From NCBI GenBank assembly GCA_950097015.1, contig CATNEN010000038.1:20026001-20090000 (forward strand): DNA of 64,000 nucleotides, given 5' to 3'. The stretch comes from Macrostomum hystrix (Eukaryota; Animalia; Platyhelminthes). Position 1 is the first letter of the stretch. Each line of letters starts with the position of its first letter. Position numbers and translations under genes: made by a program. This document shows positions 34,254-47,585 of the stretch, piece by piece. The notes beneath the pieces are model-generated. The model saw only the letters and a program-made list of their open reading frames with translations. It made no database searches and was not told the origin of the DNA.

Positions 34254-37200
34254 TTAGCTCCAGACATCGGCGGAATATCGGCCCTTATTTGACAGTTTCT
34301 TGATGTAGTCCTGCGCCTCCTGGCGTGTCTTGCTGCCGAACTTCTCCACAATGTCTTCTAGGGCGTTCATGACGTCGCGAGCCATGTGCTTGGCGTCGCC
34401 GCAGACGTAGAAATGACCACCGGCTTCTAGAACCTCCCAGATCTCGCGACTGTTGTCCTCCTGACGCATCAGGTGCTGGACGTACACCTTGGAGTCCTGG
34501 TCACGCGAGAAGGCCACCTGATGATTGGGGACGGCGAGGAATGACGATCATGAGTTGGAAGGCCGCTAAACTCAGTATAACCTCGATAAATGACTAGTAG
34601 CTTTATGACAAGAAGCTATATGACTAGAAGCGATGACCAGAAGCTATATGACCAGATGCCATATGATCAGAAGCTTTATGACCAGACGCCACATGATCAG
34701 AAGCAATATGACCAGAATCTATATGATTATAAGTGTAGGATAAATGACCAGAATACTTATTACTAGAAGCTGTATGACCACAACCTATTATGACTAGTAG
34801 CATTATGACAAGAATATACCATAAGCTATATGACCAGAGGGTTTATGACAAAAATCTGTACGACTAGAAGGTTCATGACCAGAAGCTTAAATTCTACCAA
34901 TGACCAGTCTTTCATGAGCACATCTAAATAATGTACAAATAAATACACTTTAGAAACCCACCTGCAAATTAGTAATGACACCCTTGGCTCGCCAGGCCTC
35001 CAATTCGTCCGCATAGATGAAGTCAATGCTGCGATTGCGACAGCCAGTGTACAGGATGGTCTTGCCAACAGGTTTGCCCTGATCAGCGGCCCATTCGCGC
35101 TCCTGTAAGAAGCCGCGGAACGGAGCGAAACCAGTACCTGGACCAACCAAAATGATTGGCGTCTGGTGCTTGTAGGGCAGACGGAACTGGCTTCGTCTGA
35201 CATAAACTGGCAGATTCGGGGGATTCAAAGCGAATTGACCGGTGGCAGCGCCGAACACTTCGCGATTAGTCGGGGTGGTGTAGTGCACAACAGCAGCGCA
35301 GATGTGCACAGATTTCGGGTGCAGCTTCGGCGAACTGGCGATGCTGTAGTAGCGAGCCTGCAGGCGGGGCAGCAGTTCGCACAGGTGATCAGGCGGCGGC
35401 TTGACACTGTCCAGGTCTTCTAGTACGGCCACGATGTGCCGGCGATCGTTGATGATCCAGTCATGATAGAGGGCCTGCGGATTAGTGCGTGAGGGCGTTG
35501 TTTAGCCACAGGTAGCCACTATTACCCTATCTACATTTATTTAGATGGATTTTTACCCAATCTACCTGTAGCTTAGATGAGTTACTACCCATTTTACCTG
35601 TAGTTGGGATGGATTATTACCCAATCTACCTGTAGCTTAGATGAATTATTACCCAATCTACCTGTAGCTAAGATGAATTATTACCCAATCTACCTGTAGC
35701 TTAGATGAATTATTACCCAATCTACCTGTAGCTAAGATGAATTATTACCCAATCTACCTGTAGCTAAGATGAATTATTACCCAATCTACCTGCAGCTAAA
35801 ATGAATTATTACCCAATCTACCTGTAGCTTAGATGAATTATTACCCAATCTACCTGTAGCTTAGATGAATTATTACCCAATCTACCTGTAGCTTAGATGA
35901 ACTATTACCCAATCTACCTGTAGCTTAGATGAATTATTACCCAATCTACCTGTAGCTTAGATGAATTATTACCCAATCTACCTGTAGCTTAGATGAATTA
36001 TTACCCAATCTACCTGTAGCTTAGATGAATTATTACCCAATCTACCTGTAGCTTAGATGAATTATTACCCAATCTACCTGTAGCTTAGATGAATTATTAC
36101 CCAATCTACCTGTAGCTTAGATGAACTATTACCCAATCTACCTGTAGCTTAGATGAATTATTACCCAATCTACCTGTAGCTTAGATGAATTATTACCCAA
36201 TCTACCTGTAGCTTAGATGAATTATTACCCAATCTACCTGTAGCTTAGATGAATTATTACCCAATCTACATGTAGCTTAGATGAATTATTACCCAATCTA
36301 CATGTAGCTTAGATGAATTATTACCCAATCTACATGTAGCTTAGATGAATTATTACCCAATCTACCTGTAGCTTAGATGAATTATTACCCAATCTACCTG
36401 TAGCTAAGATGGATTATTACCCAATCTACCTGTAGCTAAGATGGATTATTACCCAATCTACCTGTTGTTGAGATGCATTAATAAGAGTACAAAACTTACC
36501 TTGCCCTCCTCCGTATTGCTTCCCATCTTCTTCAGCATCTGCTTGTGCTCCTCGTTAGTAGTATAATCGCTCAACTCGTTAAGAAGATTGGTCTTGGGAT
36601 TAGCCGTAATGTCTAGATAGTATAGGAAAGCAATCCTATAAGTAGTCGGGCACGGAAACGGATGCTTTTTAGTGCTGTCATCGTCCACATTGTTCAAAGA
36701 GAATGGCTGGTCAAGGTCGCATTGCAACAATTCGCCCAGACGATCAACCAGTTGGGACTGATTCTGAGGATAGACAGCCACATGGTCGCCAGATTCGTAG
36801 CGAATACGCGATTCGCCAAGATTAAGCTCCAGGTGCAGACAGCTGCGGTCGCCGCCATTGTGCAACTCCTTATTGACGGTGACGCTAGCCACGTAGGGAT
36901 TCTTGGCGTCGAATGGCGGACGCTGACGCTGCAGACTGCCTAGGCGGGAGATTTCGCCGCGGTAGAGCTTATCGGCTGGCACACTGCCCGGCTCGTGACT
37001 AATCAGCTGGTACTGACGAAATTTGATGTCCTGAGCTTCGGCGCTGACGCCAAGCTTCTGACACACGGCCGGCCACAAGCCCTCCTTCCAATTGTTGAAG
37101 TCCTCTTCAATATTAGCATCATCGTCGCCTAGACCGAGGTCGTAGATCCTAGTGGCTCCAAGCTCTGCCAGCTTCTTATCCACCAGCTGGCCGATGGCAT

Positions 37201-40200
37201 TGTAGTGCTCGTAGGTCTTGTTGCCAAGGCCGAATACGCAGTAATTGACACCTGTCAGGTCTAATTCGTTGCGATCGCTGTCCTTCAGCATGGCGAAGAA
37301 TTCCTTAAATTGTTTTAATGATTGGCTTTTATACTCGTACTAATATAGTATTTAATAGTTAGGCCACATTTACAGCCACTGCCATAGCCGAAGCGTTTCT
37401 AAAGACTGTGTACAGTTTTTCAGTCCATGGACTGGGAAAGCGGTCAGACCCACTTAAATTCCAAACCATTAAAAATTTGAAGTAAAATAAGACTAGTTTA
37501 AATCATTGCTTTGAGAGACAACTGTAAAGCTCACGTTTGAGAACATAGTAAATCTTATCTCTGAGACTAAATATAGGCAATCTCACCAATAAGACTCATC
37601 TATGAGAATATGAGAATACGGCAACTCTCACCTATGAGAATACAGCAACTCTCACCTATGAGAATACAGTAACTCTCACCTATGAGACTACATATAGTAA
37701 ATCTCACCTATGAGGCTAAATACAGTAATTCTTACCTATGAGACTATAATAAATCTCACCTATGAGACTACAGTAATTCTCACATAAGAGACTACAGTAA
37801 TTCTCACCTATGACACTACAGTAATTCTCACCTATGAGACTACAGTAATTCTCACCTAAGAGACTACAGCAATTCTCACATATGAGACTACAGTAATTCT
37901 CACCTATGAGACTACAGTAATTCTCACCTAAGAGACTACAGTAATTCTCACCTATGAGACTACAGTAATTCTCACCTATGAGACTACAGTAATTCTCACC
38001 TATGAGACTACAGCAATTCTCACCTATGAGACTACAGTAATTCTCACACAATGAGACTACAGCAATTCTCACCTAAGAGACTACAGTAATTCTCACATAT
38101 GAGACTACAGCAATTCTCATCTAAGAGACTACAGTAATTCTCACATATGAGACTACAGCAATTCTCACATATGAGACTACAGTAATTCTCACCAATGAGA
38201 CTACAGCAACTCTCACATATGAGACTACAGTAATTCTCACCAATGAGACTACAGCAATTCTCACATATGAGACTACAGTAATTCTCACCTATGAGACTAC
38301 AGTAATTCTCACCTAAGAGACTACAGTAATTCTCACCTATGAGACTACAGTAATTCTCACCTAAGAGACTACAGTAATTCTCACCTATGAGACTACAGTA
38401 ATTCTCACCTAAGAGACTACAGTAATTCTCACCTATGAGACTACAGCAATTCTCACCTATGAGACTACATACAGTGAATCTCAGATACAGACTACATACA
38501 GTGAATCTCAGATACAGACTACATACAGTGAATCTCAGATACAGACTACATACAGTGAATCTCAGATACAGACTACATACAGTGAATCTCAGATACAGAC
38601 TACATACAGTGAATCTCAGATACAGACTACATACAGTGAATCTCAGATACAGACTACATACAGTGAATCTCAGATACAGACTACATACAGTGAATCTCAG
38701 ATACAGACTACATACAGTGAATCTCAGATACAGACTATATACAGTAAGTCTCACCTGAAGGTTATCAGTAGGATCTCCTTCGCCGTAAGTAGCCAAGCAG
38801 AAGATTGCTAATGAGTTGGGAATATCGGCAAGGTGTGTTAGCTCCTTCATGTCGCACTCCTCCGGATCGCAGGACATCGCCCTGAGGCCGTAGCGCAGAG
38901 CTTCCTTGGACAGCCTGGTGGCAAAGTCTTCAGCTGTGCCAGTCTGGGAGCCGTAGAAGACCACAATGTTGCGATTCTTTGACTGCATTCGCGAGATGAA
39001 GCTAGACTCGTCGAAATCCTCGCCGGCGCCCGATCGACCGCCGGTTGGCGGAATCGATCGAAACGACGACTGACTAGCCGAGGACGATTGGCCCAGACCA
39101 GCAGAAGCTGGCGGCGCTAACAGGCCAGATTTGCCATTGCCAGTCTGGCTAGAGGAGCTGCTGCTGTTGCTGCTAGATGGCCGAGGCTTGCGCGCGAATA
39201 CAAAATAATAGACACAGACTCCGGCTACACCGCCAATGATGGCGCAATCTAATGCGCTTAGGCCAAGCATCTGCAAGTTAGTATGCAGTTATGCTAATCA
39301 CCATTTTCTTCACTATTAATAGATTAATAAATATAATATCTGTCAACGTAGTAGGAGGTTTTAGCCAGGGGTGAGTGGAAGAGCGGATAACGCGTTTGCC
39401 TCTCGCACAAAGGTACCTGAGCTCGCGGAGAGAAGGCTTGGTGGCTTGACATGCAATTTACGCCCTTGAGGGTCAACCTCCAAGGCACAGTGAAAGTGTA
39501 CACTGCCGGACGATGAGAAAGTCATGGCAGATGTACACCCTGTGTGCGTGCGTGCTCATGAGTCAGTGGAATGGACAGAACTGCTGGCTGCGGGACTAGT
39601 GACAACAAATGATGCGCCATTGCACACAGCCTTCCTGTAATAATTATTTAAGAGGCTTTATCCAAAGGCGGTTAGAGCGTCGGACTCACGACTTAAAGGT
39701 CGATAGTTCGACTCCCAAATCCACTGGAACAGTACAGTTTATGTCCTATAAGAAGATCCAAGAACAAATTATCGGTTTAACCGAGCCTAACTAGTCATTT
39801 ACATAACTGGCACACCAAAACTATTTTATTCTGGCGTGTGAAGTGTACCCCACTAGGTATGGAAGTGGCATAAAATCTGAAAATCATACAAGACCAACAT
39901 TTGGTACGAAGTAAGTTGCAATTTATAATACGACAGTTAATACTTAAGACTTAAGAAGTCTCGAAGAATTGTAGCGAAAACTAACTAAAGTTTTTTCTCA
40001 TGTAAAAAATCTAGGACACAGACTTTATTGCGCATGGATTTTACTCTTGGTAGCAGAACAGCTCAAGGTAGATACTACACACTAGGCATTTAAATATTTC
40101 AGTCTGAGTAAATTTAAAACAGTCAGTGTTTAGCGAAAAACAAAAACTAGAAGATTATAAATCTCTTTATTCTCATATCGTCACGAAAATTCTGTTCGAC

Positions 40201-40368
40201 TTTTAGACACAAAACGACTAAAGGTTAGATTGCAATCAAGCTGTGCCAAAGTATCAGCCACTATATGTACTATTATAAAATAACGGGAAAAGTAAGACAT
40301 TTTTTTATCTCTTTAAAAAGAGCAATACACTAACTAAACAGTTTACTTACATTGCTTCTAGATCGCAT
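34254..40368 (-). CDS. POR: NADPH-cytochrome P450 reductase
   Basis: Exons 40368-40351 (MRSRSN, less certain), 39270-38755, 37303-36500, 35474-34962, 34517-34254. N-terminal TM anchor; FMN motifs FYGSQTGTAE, ATYGEGDPTDN, FGLGNKTYEHYN; FAD motif RYYSIASS; GPGTGFAPF; YVCGDA; C-terminus YSADVWS. Confidence 0.95.
34590..34915. repeat. Degenerate ~15-17-bp ATGACCAGAAGCTAT repeats, POR intron 4
   Basis: Recurrent ATGAC(C/T)AG core. Confidence 0.75.
35520..36465 (-). repeat. 32-bp minisatellite, ~29 copies, POR intron 3
   Basis: Sense unit GTAGATTGGGTAATAATTCATCTAAGCTACAG. Confidence 0.97.
37575..38752 (-). repeat. Linked 27-bp (38465-38752) and 24-bp (37575-38465) minisatellites, POR intron 2
   Basis: Sense units TGAGATTCACTGTATGTAGTCTGTATC and GTGAGAATTACTGTAGTCTCATAG. 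Confidence 0.97.
39367..39640 (+). mobile_element. SINE family A in POR intron 1, followed by a family B head fragment (~39650-39760)
   Basis: Matches family A with internal deletions; downstream GGTTAGAGCGTCGGACTC..GTTCGACTCC. Confidence 0.75.
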
Positions 40369-41744
40369 TTAGAGCCAATAGAAAAAATATTTGTGATGCG
40401 ATGAAACAATTTTAATAGCGAAAGAAATATATCTAATCACGAAATAGGACACAAAATGCTATAATAAAAACAATTTAAGACAAGTACCAATCTACAATAA
40501 AAGATTTAGCTGACTGACAAATGAAGATTGAGGCCTTTTTATTAATGTCTGGTGGACGAGACACTAATGGTAGGGCACGACAAGACAAGTCGGGTCAGAC
40601 AGATGGAAAGATGCTGTCAAAGACTGATTCATAGTTGACACAGGAGTGGGTAGATATACGAGCTATAATCTAGAATAAAGAGAGACCAGCTGCGTAAATG
40701 AGGTGGGTTTTGCCGGCACGGCGCAGCAACCAATTGGAAAGATATTTTCTTAGAGGTTAATAGAGACGCTTAGAGTTAGAAGGCTCTACCTGCAACCAGT
40801 TTAGTTAGCAAGCGAGTGGAAAAATCGGCATTGATATGAAATCTCGCAGAATAACGTTAACTAAAGTGACCACGTTGGCTAGATGACGTGCAGGCACAGC
40901 ACACCATTTTTTTCTCACTTTTTTCTTCGTCTCGATACACAAGAAAGAAAAGAGAAAACTTTGACCCTTCGAGTTATTTGAGTCCACGCGTCTCAAAACG
41001 CGAGTACTGTACACGAGTGTAATTATTTCTATTGTACACATAAAACTCGACTTATTCAACCCTTATCTTTTCAGTATCTCTCTTTTCTTCGAGTCCTACT
41101 CTTCTGCATGCTGTCTTCTGCAAATGGAACAACAGAACAGAAAGAAAGGCAGAAAGAGTAAGTCTTGTCTAAGAAGTGCACAAGATATGTGAAGCCAAGG
41201 CTAACTGAGGCTAATGGCGTGAATAAAAAAATTGACGACGAGAGAACAGAAAACTTTATATTAGTGCACTCTAAGCACGCATGAAAGAAGTGCAAAGACT
41301 TCAAATGAAGGTCAAGAGACATCTCTATGAGGCTTAGAACTATGGGCCTAGTCTAATTTATACTAAACCACTATCTATAGGACCTACTCATTCTCTTTAC
41401 AGCCATAATTCGATTGGTGGTAGTATATAATTTCATTGGTTCATTACAATTAAATTAAAAGAGAAATTAGCATACTTTTGTGTACTTTTACTACTTTAAT
41501 GCTTGTAAAGAATACTAGGCCCTACATACTACTGGTAGGAAGATTATTTTGAAGAATTGTATTTTAAAGTTCAATTAAAAAGCATGAAAGGGCAAATTAA
41601 GCCCTAATTTCCTAATCTTTCAAATGTTACAAACTATCTAATCATCTCTGCTTATTGATTTTGTAGATAGATATTAGAGGTCTGCTGTAACTAAAAATAT
41701 AGCTACAAGGCAGTTAATGATAATACTATAAAATTTAATGCACA

Positions 41745-41860
41745 ATGGTTGTGGCAATTCTGCCCATTTTGCTGACTCTTGACCACACACTAAATACAGT
41801 ACTGTATGCAAGCATACACCCACACATGTGTGCACATCTGTCCTGACTTTGTTAATCTCA
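41745..41860 (-). mobile_element. SINE family A 3' fragment
   Basis: GGCAATTCTGCCCATTTTGCTGACTC..TGCACATCTGTCCTGACTT matches the family A reverse complement. Confidence 0.6.
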
Positions 41861-42434
41861 GGCAGAATAAAAAACATCACACCTGTTAAACTACAAGTAT
41901 CAATACCAAAACTGATTTGGTTACAGCAACTTTTTACAGTTTTTATTTCCCAAATCTATATCTTTTGCATGCAAATGCACTAAAGTACTTTAAAACTTTT
42001 TACTCTAAAGATTTAGAGATATAAAAAGTCTGAGTTATTATTGATAACAGAAATGTTTATGCCCTATGTACATTTTGGGAGCTATGTTGGGGATAGGTGG
42101 TTCTTTAGTCCCTAGCCTGTTATAGGGGCAAAACAGACAATATTTGATTGAATTTACAAGACAATTATAAAGACTGTCTACAGTGTGAACTTATAATTCC
42201 TATGTATGGTGTTTAGGACTTAAGCTCTAGAGATTTAAATGCCATATGCATGTTGTGAGTATTTAACCTTAACAAAGCCATTCAAATAATAACAGACCAA
42301 TTGAGATAGTGAAATCTTAGACTAGCAAATTTTGCTCTAGCAACAATAATATCTATATAAAAATCATTTTCTCTATGTTTTATTATGCTGGCCAATGCCT
42401 ACATCTTGCACTGTCCTGGCCCTACAAACTTCTA

Positions 42435-43737
42435 GCACTGATGGTGCCTATTCCAAATGACTACTAAAGAACATGGCTGCTCCAGCCTCTAGGGTAGGGT
42501 CAGGCTGAAGATCAACTGCAAGCAAACAGAGATCCTTACTGTTCTACCTAACCTTTTAGCCATAATCAAACTGATTCTGGCAAGGACACCATGACATCTC
42601 TTGCTACAAAAATTCTAGCAAGACTAGTACTGCCAAAAGTTCTTTTTTAGGCAAAAAAATCTAGGCAGACTGGTGATACTGTCAGTCCCCTATAGGACTG
42701 TCCTACAAAGCAAGGTTCTACCCTAACCAGATTGCCTGAAGGGCAACCAGCTAGCTGCGATATGTTGATAGGCCAATTAATGCAATTAGGAGTAGGCAAT
42801 AAAAGAACATTATAATTTTTTTAATTTGCACAAAAAAATAGAAATAAAGAAACAATAACTGTTTATTGCATCATTTGCTATTATACAATGATTAGCCACC
42901 TTAATTTTATTATTATATATAGGAGCTTTTAGTAGTCAGAAATCAACTTACTCAATAGTTAAATGTTCAAGAGTGAGTTTTGACTGAGTAAATTAGAATA
43001 GGCCCTAAAACAGCAAAATTTAAATGATTAAAAAATAATCATACAAAATGCCTAGGCTAAACCTAGATGTCAAGTAAACACCTCTCTTGAGTGGCAGCTG
43101 CATGATAGGCCCTAGTTTGCTCACTGCCTATTTAGATATTAGAATAAAGGTTGAAACCTGTGGATGTACCATCGCCTGGCGCAGGGCGCTGGCCTGGGGG
43201 GCATTTCGCTTCCTACAAATTGTTCTACAGAGCCCCACACTGCCAGACCAGCTGAGGTGGGCATTTGTTTCAAGCCATCATCGAAACAGTGCTCCTGTAC
43301 AATGCCCACACATGGACCCTGACTAGCTCGCAGGAGCAGCAGCTGGATGCTACGCATGTTGCACTTCTGCACGCTGCCTTTGAAGCCCACCACTTGCCAA
43401 ACCCCACGACCAACATCAGAAATGATGAGCTGTACCGCCGGGCCTAGCTCTGCCAGCTACTCCGCACCCGTCGCTCGTAGCTGGCCAGCCATGTCATCCA
43501 CAAAGAGCAGCCCTGCCCAGAGCCCTTGCAGAATGTGCTGTTGCTTTCCCTGCAGGGTCCATGGCAGCGCGGCCAGGTGAGAGCACAGCACTTTGTTGAC
43601 CTGCTGCTAAGCCTAGCTGATGCCGGCATCTCTGACCCTCGTGAACTAATCCTCCTACTTAAGTCTGCGCTTGCACTCGCCTTTTGACAGCTTCCCGCTC
43701 TTTCTGCCAGGGTGGCTGTAGTTTGTTGTTGTTGTTA
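42435..43737 (+). mobile_element. Degenerate RTE-like non-LTR retrotransposon 3' region (two pieces)
   Basis: 42435-42545 encodes ..RVG/LKINCKQTEIL (RT motif). 43160-43690 encodes RRALAWGAF, FQAIIETVLLYNAHTWTLT, IRNDELYRR, with frameshifts and stops. Ends in a (GTT)n tail at ~43725-43737. Confidence 0.75.
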
Positions 43738-44303
43738 TGTGCCATAGTCCAGCACCAGAAGGCATTTACCCCCAAAATATGTTTTAAATGAATAGTAAAT
43801 ATCCACTTTAGAATCAAATGCAAGCAATTTTATTGCACTATATAGCATTGCATTGCATGTGACAGGATATAGGACAAATAAACCTCATGTGCCTGTGTCA
43901 ATCAAAGAAATAGAGAGAAAAACTGTCTAAGATTTAAGAGTTTAGCTTGAACAACATTCTGATGAGTAAATCAAAAGAAAGAAACAAATCATTGCTTACA
44001 TACTTGTCAGCTAGCTAGTCAAACTCTAAGTTGACCATATATAGCCTAAAATCCACTAATTCAAAACTTAAAATTGATGACCTGAGGTGTGAGACCTAGG
44101 CCCTAAGCCTAATATTAGAAAATTTGATAAAACGATATGCTTAAAAAACATTTTTATTCTGTAGATTGTAAAGCTAGAATAGAATACGTCGCTAAAAGTC
44201 TACAACTTATATATAGAAGCTAAAATACAGACCATAGCATATGCATGGTCAAGTGTATGCAATAACTCTAACTATTAATTTTTAGTGAGGGAAAACAGAA
44301 AGA

Positions 44304-44638
44304 GGGCTGTTTTCCAAAAACATCGCATATTTATCCTGCGATAACATGTTACCGTGTTACAGAATTCGAGCATTTCTATGAAAGTAAATCGTGAAAGCAA
44401 ACGTATAAATTGTATTTTCTATAGTATTCTATAGTATTGTATAGTATTTCTATACATTTCTACATTTCTATAGTATTGGGACTTATATTTCAAGCCGCTG
44501 AAAGTATTCATTAATATAAATTATGTTTTTACGTTTATAATAAATTATAATGTAACTGTAACACTGTAACATGTTATCCCAAGATAAATATGCGAACTTT
44601 TGCATGTTATACTCGCCCGATGTTTTTGGAAAACAAGG
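44304..44638. mobile_element. MITE with long imperfect terminal inverted repeats (PIF/Harbinger-like ends)
   Basis: TGTTTTCCAAAAACATCG / CGATGTTTTTGGAAAACA, plus an inner inverted pair CGCATATTTATC..ATAACATGTTAC..TGTTACAG / CTGTAACA..GTAACATGTTAT..GATAAATATGCG. Confidence 0.7.
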
Positions 44639-46844
44639 GTGACAGAAAACATGGTTAAAATAACGCATTTTCGTTACCGCATCAAAACAACCGCATGGCA
44701 ACACAAAGAACTATTCAAATCTGTTATTAATAATTTTGAAATAAAATATAACCACATGGTCTTAAATCTAAGTATGTAGATTTGATTGCCATTTTGCGTT
44801 TGTTTTACATTTTCTGGTCAATATTGTCAATTATTCACATCGTGACGCATTTTGACTGTCAAATGCACGATATGATCAAGAGATATTACGAACGATAGAA
44901 CTCTACATACCTACTGTGACTCTGTTAACATCCCGAATCACCGATTGAATTTCAGCTTTCCGACAGCTTATATGATTAGATGAAATACTTTCAGTGTAAC
45001 TTTGATTTTTTTTTCATCTTTTTCTACTATTTCTCTCTAAATCCAATCTGTGTTCGTAATAATTAAGCATTGTTTCATGTTTGTTTCATTTAGCTGAGCA
45101 TCGTTTTTATTTAGGCCTAGGCTCTTGCCATCAACGATTACATGTTTGAGTACGGAAAGAAAAAGTTTACTTGTGAGAAGATTACTTAAGGCTAATAATT
45201 TATCGTTTTTAACTTTAATAAATGTGCTAATGTCAATTAAGGAACAAATTATTGGCTTAGCCATCTTAGCTGGCCAAATTGATCCATACTAGGCCTAGCT
45301 TGCTAAGTAGGCTTTGATTTTAGGCCTATATATTGTGTAAAACACATTTGTGTAAAACAAAGTAAGTAGCCTGCCAAGCTAAGGTGAACATAAATAGCTA
45401 GGTCAGATATATTAACACTAATGTATTCATGTATCAAATTAATCAATTCTCAAATAGCTTTAACATTTTCAGGTTCTAGGATGCCTAGTTGCTATTAAAG
45501 TCTACATTCTTAAAATTTTGGTTGCTAAGGAAAAGCTTGCTATCAAATCAATTTACATAGATTTTTACCTTTGCAAGAAGTGACTTGAATTATTTTTTAG
45601 TTAAAATGGAAATATAGTTGACTAACCAACACCAATTATTGCACAATAAAATCTTTTTGAGGCCTAATAACTATTTAATCAGTTTCAAAATTAGTTTAGC
45701 TATTTAGTTTTTATATTATTTTAATTGATAAAAAACATGGTTATGTCTACTAATTCATCTTTAGCAAATAAAAAAGTATTTTATCCTACTTGTATTATTC
45801 TGGAACCTAGGGTTACCATTATTTAAGAGTTCTTGCAATTTTTTTGCATATTCACAACATTTCAATGAACAAGTCATTACTACACAATTTACAATTTGTT
45901 GAAAACAATGCATTACAATTGTAAGCAACTTGTCCTAATTTATTGTCATTTCTTATTAACTTCAAAATGAATTGATTTCATCTATAGCTAGGCAGATATT
46001 ATTAATTTACATGTGAAAATGTAAAAAATCACGATTCTGCATACTCATCTGATAAGAGGGTTGGGTGTTATCTGAAAAACTGTATCGAAAAATATATTTT
46101 ATTTGGGCACTCTGATAGTGATTTAGCTTGCCTGATAAAATAGCAAACAAATTTACTGTAACATCCAGAAATTAAAAAGTAGGAGTGAGTTGTGCATGCT
46201 TGGGTTAAAAAAATAGCTACACTATTTCAGGCAGAACTAGCTACACTGACTACTAATAGTACTCAGCTACACTGAGGGCAGCTTTAATGGTGTAAATATG
46301 TTCATTTGCTATCTAAGGCTATAAATTTAAAATTGCTCTGATTCAGTAGAGATTGGTCGTTAAGGTTAAACGGTAAAAAGATTGTCTTTAAAAAATTGCA
46401 CCGAGTTTAGTCTGCCCGCGGTTCGCAATCGTAATCTATTAATTCATTTCTGGAAGCTAATCCTGAAAGACTAAGACGTCAGAAAAGGTTTTCGGCACGT
46501 CTTCTTGGATTGTAAGCTGACTAAGTCGACAAGCTTGAATTTTCCTTGAATCACTTGTCGCACAGAAGAGATTATCTTAATCGGTTTATTCAGTAATCGC
46601 TTCAGTTATATCATGCGTGTTAAACAAACCATTCAGTACTGCCAATGTTGAAGTAGCAAAATTAAGAATTCTGTTAAATACGAGTACAAAATCGCGGTAG
46701 ATTTTTCATAGGTTACATGCGACCTGATTTACTATGCCTAATGAAGACGACAACAGGATAAATTATAGCCTAATATACTACGAGTATGACATAGAAAATG
46801 TACTCGATAAATTCCTGTTCATTCTTCAGCTGAAACAAAAATAA

Positions 46845-47393
46845 ATGCGAAATCACAAACAAATGGATGATGAAGCGTGGATGCGGCGAAGTTTACACCT
46901 GGCGTCAGAAGCTCTAGCAGCCAACGAAGTGCCAGTCGGCTGTGTCATTGTCTCCTCGGAGGGCAAAGAACTGGCCGCTGGTAGAAATCGTGTCAACGAG
47001 GCACGCGACGCAACCCGTCACGCCGAGCTCGTTGCCATAGACGCTTTGAGAGAGCGCGTCGAATCTGCTGCAGCCCTATTAAGCGTGCTGTCTAATTCGA
47101 CCCTGTTTGTCACCATTGAGCCGTGCGTGATGTGCGCCTCTGCTCTGCGCCAGCTTGGCGTTTTACAACGCGTGGTTTTCGGCGGTCGCAACGAACGCTT
47201 CGGCGGCTGCGGCAGCGTTGAAAATGTTCACTCCGATCCTCGTATAACGCTGCCTCCGCTCAATACGGAGGCCGGACCGATGTCGGACGAAGCTGTGGCA
47301 TTGTTGCGACAGTTCTACAAGCAGGAAAATACTGCAGCGCCTGCTGAGAAGCGTAGAAAGAAGGAAACTATGGCTGACCAAACAGCTAATTAG
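46845..47393 (+). CDS. ADAT2: tRNA-specific adenosine deaminase 2 (A34-to-I, Tad2)
   Basis: 182-aa single-exon CDS with EVPVGCV, N..N...DATRHAE, TIEPCVMC zinc motifs, NERFGGCGS and FYKQEN..AP. Confidence 0.9.
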   Translation: MRNHKQMDDEAWMRRSLHLASEALAANEVPVGCVIVSSEGKELAAGRNRVNEARDATRHAELVAIDALRERVESAAALLSVLSNSTLFVTIEPCVMCASALRQLGVLQRVVFGGRNERFGGCGSVENVHSDPRITLPPLNTEAGPMSDEAVALLRQFYKQENTAAPAEKRRKKETMADQTAN

Positions 47394-47585
47394 TCAAATT
47401 ATAATTCTCACCTGAGAATATATATATTTTATCTTGTTATCACTGATAAAGCTATACTGTCACTATGTGAATTAGTATAGTAATCTGCTAGTTACTCTTT
47501 GTTAGTAATCTTTGTAGTATTGGTAGTCTTTGATTTTTTCTTACCTAACCTGATTTGCTGCAGTGGATAATAATAATAAATTGCA

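Noticed and set aside
38044-38754. Cys-rich C-terminal extension of the POR ORF
   Set aside because: Read-through into intron 2 repeats. Splicing at 38755/37303 restores the conserved FMN domain.
34254-47393. Functional operon or metabolic cluster linking POR, ADAT2 and the CAP gene
   Set aside because: Orientations are convergent or divergent and the functions are unrelated; no evidence of co-transcription.
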